Below the pieces are notes generated by a model, which saw only the letters and a list, made by a program, of their open reading frames with translations, was not told the origin of the DNA and ran no database searches. Shown one piece after another: positions 1 through 6,284 of a DNA stretch of 7,572 nt. Origin of the DNA: Promethearchaeota archaeon (lineage in GTDB: Archaea > Asgardarchaeota > Thorarchaeia > Thorarchaeales > Thorarchaeaceae); assembly GCA_027031765.1 (NCBI GenBank), contig JALVPN010000015.1, positions 1 through 7,572 on the forward strand, given 5' to 3'. How positions within the stretch are numbered: the first letter of the stretch is position 1; the number at the start of each line of letters is the position of its first letter. The translations under genes and the position numbers were made by a program.

Positions 1-1079
1 TTCTCATACTGTTCCTTGATGACCTCTACAATCGCCGTCTCGCACACCTGGGCTATGCCAGATGAGCTGTAGCTGTAGCCGTCCTTGGGTGCTGTCATGC
101 GTGCGAGCTTCTTGAAGTCTATCCCTTCGAGCCTGTTGCCACGCAGGTGCAGCCTGAATATCTCCTCTCTGGCCTTCTCGTCCGGTGGGGGCACGTATAT
201 GATTCTGTCAATGCGTCCCGGTCGGATGAGGGCTGGGTTGAGGTCCCAGGGCTTGTTGGTCGCGCCCATGAAGACTGTCTGGACGTTCTCCGTGGAGGCG
301 ACGCCACTGAGCTCCTGGAGGAACACGCCCTCGGCCCTAGCCATGACGTCGGAACCACGCTTCTCTGCAGGCAGCAGCGTGTCAATCTCATCGACCAGCA
401 GGATTGAAGGGGCCGTTGCACGGGCACACCTAAAAACCTGTGCCACGTTCTTCTCGGTGTTGCCAACGTAGGAGTCAACGAGCTGGTCCGCCTTGGCTAT
501 GATAACGGGGAGGCCGAACTGTCCACCCGCACAGCTCACCATGTAGGTCTTCCCGCAACCTGGTGGGCCATACAGCAGGATTCCTGTCTTAGGGTCGATG
601 CCCCGTCGTTTGAACTCCTCCGGGTACTTCAGTGGGAGCTCTATTGCGAGCCTCAGCTCCTCCTTGAGCTTCTCCATTCCCGCCAGGTCGTCGAAGGTCT
701 TGTCCGGCTTGACAATCTGGAAGTTCGCAGCGCCACACTCCTCGGGCAGGTCGCTCAGGTCTCCGGACCACTCGCCTGCGGCAGCTGCGGGCTGTGCTGA
801 CGCCTTCCGTCCTCCAGCGCGTCCTGGGCGCCTCGCCTCTGCTCTGGGCGCGCCTTCCCGTTCGCGGCCACGGCTTTCGAGCCGTGCAATGTCACGTTCC
901 AGCGACTTGATGGCCTTCTCGGCCACCAGCTTGAGGCGCCCCTGAGCCCTTGCCTTGAAACGTCTGAGTGCTGCGAGGGCCCGTCTATAGTACATCAGGG
1001 CCTCCTTCACGTCGCCGCGCGCCAGGGCTGCGTCACCCTGTTTTCTCGCCTGTACTGCGGACCTGTAAGCCTCACTCAT
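1..1079 (-). CDS. vps4: MIT-domain AAA+ ATPase, Vps4/CdvC-like architecture (3' end runs off the left edge)
   Basis: Manual translation from ATG at 1079 gives 359 codons with no stop. The N-terminus is a three-helix MIT/TPR-like bundle (MSEAYRSAVQARKQGDAALARGDVKEALMYYRRALAALRRFKARAQGRLKLVAEKAIKSLERDIARLESR), followed by a Gly/Ala/Arg linker. The AAA domain has TFDDLAGMEKLKEEL, Walker A GPPGCGKT (546-569), pore loop SYVGNTEK (450-473), Walker B LLVDEID (381-401), sensor-1 GATNKPW and the second region of homology ALIRPGRIDR (204-233). A GGTGGT RBS-like motif lies upstream, 22 nt after the stop of the ESCRT-III-like gene. The AAA call is near certain; Vps4 orthology is inferred from architecture and neighbour. 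Confidence 0.9.
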   Translation of the reverse strand, partial: MSEAYRSAVQARKQGDAALARGDVKEALMYYRRALAALRRFKARAQGRLKLVAEKAIKSLERDIARLESRGREREGAPRAEARRPGRAGGRKASAQPAAAAGEWSGDLSDLPEECGAANFQIVKPDKTFDDLAGMEKLKEELRLAIELPLKYPEEFKRRGIDPKTGILLYGPPGCGKTYMVSCAGGQFGLPVIIAKADQLVDSYVGNTEKNVAQVFRCARATAPSILLVDEIDTLLPAEKRGSDVMARAEGVFLQELSGVASTENVQTVFMGATNKPWDLNPALIRPGRIDRIIYVPPPDEKAREEIFRLHLRGNRLEGIDFKKLARMTAPKDGYSYSSSGIAQVCETAIVEVIKEQYE

Positions 1080-1101
1080 TGGTACCACCCGGGACCTGGG
1101 C

Positions 1102-1731
1102 CTATTCGTCCTTGCCCTCGCCCTCTTGCAGCTTCTCCTTTGCCTTCTCGGCCTTCTCCTTGAGCTCCTCAGGGATCTGCTCGAACTCCTCTGGGAACTC
1201 GGATGCCAGCTCCGCCAGGAACTGCTCCTCCCACTCTCCCATGACCGCCTGCGTGTCGTCCTGCAGCAGCATGTCCAGCTCGCTCTCCCTGATGTCCAGC
1301 TCGGTCTCTCTCTGTTTGAGGAGGGACAGGTCGAACTGCTCCTGTTCCACCAGGTCTGCTAGCCTCTCCAGTTCCGTCACGCTTGCCTCATCGAACTCCT
1401 CAAGCGCTGCACGCACCTCTTCTGGCAACGTCAGCGTGGTGTCAATGCCACGCTCAAGGTCCCGGAGCTGCTCCTTGAAGTGCTCTCTCGCCTCCTTCAC
1501 CCGGGAGTACATCTCGGTCGCAATGCGTTCCATCCTCTGTGCTACCCGGTAGCTCCTCACAAGCCTGCGCGGCGGGATCTTGCCCTGGTTCAGGTACTGC
1601 TGGAATATCTCCCTGCGCTTCTGCGCCGCCTTGCTGGCGTGTCTCGTCTTCACACGGAACAGGTGTCTCTCTTGTTCTCTCAGAGTATCAACTTTCTTCT
1701 TCAGCTGTCTCTTTCGCCACCACTCGGACAT
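1102..1731 (-). CDS. Divergent ESCRT-III (Snf7/CdvB-like) coiled-coil protein, 209 aa
   Basis: Track ORF 1102-1788 begins at TTG; the ATG at 1731 (MSEWWRKRQLKKK) with upstream AGGGG is preferred. The protein looks all-helical. The first 80 aa have 24 K/R versus 8 D/E and the C-terminal half is strongly acidic, which is the ESCRT-III charge polarity. There is a helix-turn-helix break at YLNQGKIPP, the size is typical, and it is apparently co-transcribed with a MIT-AAA ATPase. The CDS is certain; the family is inferred. Confidence 0.72.
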   Translation of the reverse strand: MSEWWRKRQLKKKVDTLREQERHLFRVKTRHASKAAQKRREIFQQYLNQGKIPPRRLVRSYRVAQRMERIATEMYSRVKEAREHFKEQLRDLERGIDTTLTLPEEVRAALEEFDEASVTELERLADLVEQEQFDLSLLKQRETELDIRESELDMLLQDDTQAVMGEWEEQFLAELASEFPEEFEQIPEELKEKAEKAKEKLQEGEGKDE

Positions 1732-1786
1732 CTGAGATTGCCCCTTTTGTGAGCCATCACGGCTGTACCGTCCCCACCGTTGGAAC

Positions 1787-1817
1787 AAGACCTAATAATG
1801 GTTTTGCGAAAGGTCTT
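1787..1817 (-). promoter_or_regulatory. Candidate BRE/TATA promoter of the ESCRT-like operon, bracketed by a 7-bp inverted repeat
   Basis: The minus strand reads CGCAAAACC-ATTATTAG, the only AT-rich island upstream of the ATG at 1731. It is flanked by AAGACCT (1787-1793) and AGGTCTT (1811-1817). Confidence 0.5.
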
Positions 1818-2508
1818 CGTCTTTTTCTTGCCCGTGATACGGCCTTCGGCTGGCGACTGCGCTCATAGACCGCCCTATCGGGGCCCTTGGTGCCCTGCAC
1901 CAGACCAGAGTCCTGATGGGGTACTGTGGCATGATAACCCGTCCAGTGCGTCAGTCGATGGCCCTACTGTGACTGAGGGGACATGGGAGTGGAGGGTGAG
2001 ACCGGACGCACCTGTGAGCACCCATGCCATGACCGGAGCGGTCAGCACAACAGGTACCGGGCCCTGAGTCTCACGACCGCCGCTGGCACTGACACAGGGG
2101 TCTGTGAGTGGTGTGGTGTAGGGGTCGATACCGCTCCATATGGCCCTCGCGTGTCCGTCCGGCATGTGGTGAGACAACGGGCTACTCTGGTGTGGCCGGG
2201 TCCTCGCAGCTCTGACGACCACCGACCCCATGCCCATGTCCAGAGCAACCTGCTGTCCACGCCTGCGCTCCTCTCACATGGTGTGGCTCCCGGGGCTGAG
2301 TCGCAGGTGGTGGACGGATGGAGCACGCAGACTGTTCTACGACCTGAGTGCAGCCTGCTGTCTGCGTGGTAATGCGGCCCACCGGGAGCACCTGGGTCCA
2401 CAGACGGTGTCCTGTCCGGATGGCCCTCCCGTCCCCTGTTGCGTAGCGTGCTGCACGACCACTCTGACCACAGCACTCTTCAGTACATGTGCCTCTATTC
2501 CTGTGTTG

Positions 2509-2778
2509 GTGCAACCTTTGGTGTCATACTCTGGTTCGGGGACATCGCTTGATGACCCAATTGTGATCTCTGGGGCCCACGGGCATTTCCATGCAATTGC
2601 CTGCGAATACGCATACCTCGAAGAGGTCGTGGGGAAACGCGGCGAGGACTGGGTCCTTGAGACCCAGGCCCTGCACACTCACGAGGGCAGGTACATCGAC
2701 TCGCTACACATCCGGCTCAAAGACGGCGAGACGTGTACGTACTACTTCGACATAACCCGGTACTTTGGCATGTGGTAG
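2509..2778 (+). CDS. Small hypothetical protein (about 85-91 aa) ending in YYFDITRYFGMW
   Basis: The 3' half of track ORF 2230-2778 is protein-like (SYSGSGTSLDDPIVISGAHGHFHAIACEYAYLEEVVGKRGEDWVLETQALHTHEGRYIDSLHIRLKDGETCTYYFDITRYFGMW) and most codons end in G/C. The start is uncertain among GTG/TTG codons at 2503, 2506, 2509, 2518 and 2521. Confidence 0.8.
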   Translation: MQPLVSYSGSGTSLDDPIVISGAHGHFHAIACEYAYLEEVVGKRGEDWVLETQALHTHEGRYIDSLHIRLKDGETCTYYFDITRYFGMW

Positions 2779-4679
2779 CCAGTGGCCGCGCACGGGCCGT
2801 GCGACTGATGGAGCCGGTGCCTAGCTATCAGTGTGATACCGACTACCATAACTGTGCATGAGCCGGCCGTTACTGCCAGCGTCACCATGCCGAGTATGTG
2901 AGTCCACACCCCGTCCTGTTGCCCGCCGCCTGTGGTCGGGGACTGCTCTGGAGCGGATCCGGTCGGTACGGGTGCTGCGCGAACCACGACCACTACCCAG
3001 GCGCTCTTCGCGCCAAGTATGGAGTCGTAGACCCTCAGTGTCACAACGTGTCTTCCAACGCCTACCACCTGCAACTGCGTGGCTATGGGACTACCACTCC
3101 ACGTCCCGCTGGTCACGGCCTCCCCGTCGAGATACAGCCTGTAGGCCTCGGGATACGGGGCATAGGCCTCCCACTTGATGTGTATACTGTCGCCCTCGCT
3201 GACCGTGAGTAGACCCCTCGGACGTAGTACGACTGGTCGGCACTCCCCAAGGAAGAGCCACGTAGTCGATGCGTTCCGGTTGCCAGCTGCATCATAGAAC
3301 ACGACCGTCCAGTTGTACGTGCCGTCGGGGATGGGCCCAGCGGTCACCGTTGTAATCCCATTGTCCCATGCACCCGTCCCGGAAAGGCTCCCGTTGAGAT
3401 AGGACTCGTATGTTGCCGGGTGCTCGTCCGCAGCCTCCCACGTCGTGCTCACGGACTGACCCCGTGCGGCACGGTGGACCGGCTTGCCCCTGACCTCCGG
3501 GGGGCTGTCGTCCTGGAGCCCCATGAGCCCGGTCGTGAAGTCGGAGCCCGACTCGTCCGACCCTGACATATGTCCATCGCTCACGACAACGCGCACCCTG
3601 TATTGTGTACCGTAGGCCCACTCGGCCGGGCACCACGAGCAGCTGGTGGCCCCATCTATGACACGGTAGAGCATGTAGGTCTCGCCACCGTCGGTCGACA
3701 CGTAGACCGTAGCCGTGTGTGTAGTGTCATTCAGGTCCCTGTCGGAGTACCTCCACGATATGATTGTGGGCGCGAACCACTTTTCACCCCCGTGCGGTCT
3801 TACAAGCGTGACTAGGGGTGCAAAGTCAGTGGCCAGTGTGATGTCCCACAGCCAGCACGTAACATTGCCGGAGGGTGAAACACCAAAGGCCCCCACACAG
3901 AAGCGCCCGTTGAGCCCCTCCACATCCACACTGGCAGAGCTCCCACTCACCAGTCCAGACCTGCGCCCGTCCGCCGGCGTGACCCGCAGCGTCCACTTGC
4001 CCGGCTTGATGTGGTCTCTGCTCAGGCAGCCTATCCAGACCTCTTTACTCGGGTCGAGCCCCGTGACCACCGTGTGTTCGGGACGCGAACTGGTTGCCAG
4101 CCGGTCACCAGACAGCGAGCCGTCAGTCCGCCACGAAGACCTCTCCCCATCGCTGCCCTGCCAGACCCAGATGTCACAGTCGCCCACCGTGAAGTCCACC
4201 GTTACTGAGATGTCCAGGACCCCGACCTGTCCGTCCCTGTTGTCACACTTGAACGAGACCCACGAGAACTCCTCCGGGTTGATAGCACCCTCCCGCGGGT
4301 CGTAGCCCGGAGTCGAGATGACGATGTCTTTCTGACGGACAAGCAGCGGCCCGTCCCCAACGAGGATCTCTGTTGCAGTCACATTGAGCGCAGGGTCCCA
4401 GTCTACCCGCAGCGTGAGCAGGTCGCCCTCCACTGTGCTGCTTGAATGCACCCTCTCGGGCTCCGGGTATAGTCGCGAGCTCTTGTAGAACTGCGCCATG
4501 TCTGTCCACTCGGGTGTCCCCCAGTCGTGCGACACTCCAGCTGGTACGGGCCGTCCGGGGGCCGGGTCTCCAGGCATGTTACACGGTGCTACGCCCCTGT
4601 AGCTGACGCTGGACGGCACCCCTACCGGTACGGCCGGCCCCACCGCAAGCAGTGTGCATACAGTCAGGACGACAGCCAT
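2742..4679 (-). CDS. Type I membrane cell-surface protein with PPC-like and Ig-like domains, 645 aa
   Basis: Hydrophobic signal peptide MAVVLTVCTLLAVGPAVPVG (ATG 4679 with AGAAGGT upstream; alternative GTG at 4721). Then a PPC-like segment (ISVTVDFTVGDCDIWVWQG...PEHTVV...GKWTLRVTP), a P-x-GGE-type Ig module (PLVTLVRPHGGEKW...STDGGETY...YRVRVVVSDG), and two further Ig-like repeats (DDSPPEV...WEAADEHPATY...NG...GAW...DGTYNWTVVFYDAAGN; RPVV...WEAYAPYPEAYRLYLDG...GTW). A Pro/Thr/Gly stalk leads to a C-terminal TM helix followed by RHR. Six N-x-S/T sequons are present. Confidence 0.9.
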   Translation of the reverse strand: MAVVLTVCTLLAVGPAVPVGVPSSVSYRGVAPCNMPGDPAPGRPVPAGVSHDWGTPEWTDMAQFYKSSRLYPEPERVHSSSTVEGDLLTLRVDWDPALNVTATEILVGDGPLLVRQKDIVISTPGYDPREGAINPEEFSWVSFKCDNRDGQVGVLDISVTVDFTVGDCDIWVWQGSDGERSSWRTDGSLSGDRLATSSRPEHTVVTGLDPSKEVWIGCLSRDHIKPGKWTLRVTPADGRRSGLVSGSSASVDVEGLNGRFCVGAFGVSPSGNVTCWLWDITLATDFAPLVTLVRPHGGEKWFAPTIISWRYSDRDLNDTTHTATVYVSTDGGETYMLYRVIDGATSCSWCPAEWAYGTQYRVRVVVSDGHMSGSDESGSDFTTGLMGLQDDSPPEVRGKPVHRAARGQSVSTTWEAADEHPATYESYLNGSLSGTGAWDNGITTVTAGPIPDGTYNWTVVFYDAAGNRNASTTWLFLGECRPVVLRPRGLLTVSEGDSIHIKWEAYAPYPEAYRLYLDGEAVTSGTWSGSPIATQLQVVGVGRHVVTLRVYDSILGAKSAWVVVVVRAAPVPTGSAPEQSPTTGGGQQDGVWTHILGMVTLAVTAGSCTVMVVGITLIARHRLHQSHGPCAATGYHMPKYRVMSK

Positions 4680-4927
4680 GTGATACCTTCTATGTGTGAC
4701 CAGGACTGGGACCCTCCTCACTGTGTGGTGCGCACCCTGCAACACCGCTCCCTGTCCCCAGCATTGCTCCCATGGGCAGCACTGTCAACAGGCACACAGC
4801 AGCGTCTGTCACATCGGACCAGTGTACACGCTTGGGCGCCACGGTGTGGACCATACGACTCCAGCAGGTCACCGGAGCTACATGTTGCACGGGCATGTCT
4901 TCCTGTCAGGGTACCGCACCGCCCTAG

Positions 4928-4945
4928 TATAAACTGTATTGTGCA
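4928..4945 (-). promoter_or_regulatory. Candidate TATA box for the surface-protein gene
   Basis: The minus strand reads CAATACAG-TTTATA (TTTATA at 4933-4928), the best TATA match in this gap. It lies 207-249 nt from the candidate start codons. Confidence 0.45.
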
Positions 4946-5192
4946 TCAATCCACACACCGGGCATGTCCCATTGTGGGCGACCTGTCATCTCGGTGGTCC
5001 ACGAGTGCCATCGGAAGTCACCCGATATGAGCGCATGGTGCTGCGAGTCGGGACGGCCTGTCAACTGTATGTAGGTGGTCTGTCGGCAGAGGTGTGATCC
5101 GTCAGCACAGTGCCTGTAACCGTGGTCAGTCTGCGCGTCCTGTGCCGGTGTACCACGGCGGTGTCCACCTGAGTCCCCGAGCCGCAGTACGA

Positions 5193-5975
5193 CTACTCAG
5201 GCCCTGCAAGTTGTCCACGCAGGTTGTCTGGGACGTAGCTCTCCAACATCGACTCCACGACACTGTCAACATCGAACCCAACACCGTAGTGCTCAAAGTA
5301 CGCCAGTAGTGCGGTGAGGTCGCGCACCATTGTCCTGCGGGCCCTGTGCATATCCGACCACGGCCCGACATAGTACGCCTGCGGCATGTCTATCAGCCAG
5401 GGATGACCGCGCCACCACAGGATGTTGTACGCGCTCAGGTCACCGTGCACATAGTGGGCGTCAGTGTATAGTCTGGTATAGTCTTCAAGCACCTCGTCCA
5501 AGACCCGCGCTGGCTCGTCCAGGTGTACCCGGGTGAGCCTTGGTGCTGGCACGTGACCGTCGCCAATGAGCCTCATCGTGAGGAACGTCCCCATACGACT
5601 GACCGGTGTCGGTACCCTGAGCCCTGCCCTGAACCCGGCGAGGAGCACATCGTACTCCTTTGCGGCCAGGGTCTCCATGATAGCCGGTGCGAAGGTACCA
5701 CGCCTGTGCCTTGCCTGCGAAGTGCGCCACAACCTGTAGACCTTCAGGATGAGCGGGTGGCCGCGCCACTCCGCAAGGAACACGGACGCCTCCTTGCCAG
5801 CACCAATCTGATGGACAACATCCGTGACCATACCCAGACTCACCGCCTCCTCCCGGATCTCCCGTACCGTGGGCTCCTTTGCCGTCACCCTCCGCCTTCC
5901 CTGCTCTCTCTTCAGTGACTCCAGTTTCCTCGCTACTGCCGTCCCTCCGGACGCTCCAGCCTTCTCTACTCTCAA
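5193..5975 (-). CDS. RIO-family atypical Ser/Thr kinase (RIO1-like, no winged-helix domain), about 260 aa
   Basis: P-loop IGAGKEASVF (GKEASVF at 5778-5798), catalytic Lys in LILKVYR, helix-C AKEYDVL, VPTP, catalytic loop HGDLSAYNIL (5418-5447) and metal-binding loop IDMPQA. TTG at 5975 is preferred because GGAGG (5991-5987) lies 11 nt upstream; in-frame ATGs exist at 6014 and 6044. Confidence 0.93.
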   Translation of the reverse strand: MRVEKAGASGGTAVARKLESLKREQGRRRVTAKEPTVREIREEAVSLGMVTDVVHQIGAGKEASVFLAEWRGHPLILKVYRLWRTSQARHRRGTFAPAIMETLAAKEYDVLLAGFRAGLRVPTPVSRMGTFLTMRLIGDGHVPAPRLTRVHLDEPARVLDEVLEDYTRLYTDAHYVHGDLSAYNILWWRGHPWLIDMPQAYYVGPWSDMHRARRTMVRDLTALLAYFEHYGVGFDVDSVVESMLESYVPDNLRGQLAGPE

Positions 5976-6154
5976 CCCGTCGCTTGCCTCCTGCTGCCGG
6001 CTATGGTACAACATGGGGATGACTGACCCTGTTGCCACTGACATGTTGTGCTACCGCGCGTCCAGAAAACCAGTACACGGCCACACAGTATACCTTGGAT
6101 GGGGATCACTGTCTGCGACGCGCGACACGGGCCATAGGCCCCAGACCGACCCGC

Positions 6155-6223
6155 TCACTCCACCCGGCCACCGGTGTGACCGTGCTCCATTGCTCCAACA
6201 AACATATCCGATATCCCTACCAT
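6155..6223 (-). CDS. Candidate 22-aa small protein or leader peptide MVGISDMFVGAMEHGHTGGRVE
   Basis: GGAGGTG (6235-6229) lies 5 nt before ATG (6223) and downstream of the BRE/TATA at 6284-6271; TGA at 6157-6155. No homology evidence. Confidence 0.45.
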   Translation of the reverse strand: MVGISDMFVGAMEHGHTGGRVE

Positions 6224-6270
6224 GGTCACACCTCCTGCAATGCTACTGCTTGCCGTGGGCTGCACTGCGG

Positions 6271-6284
6271 TATTAAGGGTTTCG
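6271..6284 (-). promoter_or_regulatory. Archaeal BRE-TATA promoter facing the small ORF and the RIO kinase
   Basis: The minus strand reads CGAAACCC-TTAATA, a close match to the archaeal BRE plus TATA layout. Predicted start site about 6245-6250. Confidence 0.7.

Noticed and set aside
1821-1829. T-rich tract CTTTTTCTT as a terminator
   Set aside because: No plus-strand gene ends here; it reads better as the A-rich flank upstream of the minus-strand promoter.
85-1868. Plus-strand and alternate-frame ORFs over the ATPase and ESCRT-III-like genes (85-471, 119-478, 598-945, 968-1552 and others)
   Set aside because: Ser/Leu-rich antisense or off-frame shadows of two well-supported genes; expected in GC-rich DNA.
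1780-2067. 95-aa ORF with a hydrophobic start (MVLRKVFVFFLPVI)
   Set aside because: The hydrophobic stretch is just the translation of the AT-rich promoter island of the opposite operon; there is no RBS and the rest is not protein-like.
2230-2508. Cys-rich N-terminal extension of track ORF 2230-2778
   Set aside because: Low-quality composition with no RBS; the protein-like sequence begins only near 2509-2521.
2745-2771. YRVM resembles a YxxPhi sorting signal, with nearby lysines as possible ubiquitin/ESCRT cargo marks
   Set aside because: A four-residue match is common by chance, and these codons are constrained by the overlapping opposite-strand gene.
4891-4969. GGGCATGTCY matches the p53 half-site consensus
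   Set aside because: No p53-family protein is expected in an archaeon and the two halves are 69 bp apart; kept only as a generic palindromic motif.
5972-6223. Selenocysteine read-through of the small ORF: the frame stays open for 60 codons after the TGA and ends in a TGA overlapping the RIO TTG
   Set aside because: The 83-aa product has no redox motif or protein-like pattern, and I see no SECIS. An open run of this length is common at this GC content. A SECIS search and conservation of the downstream frame would reopen it.
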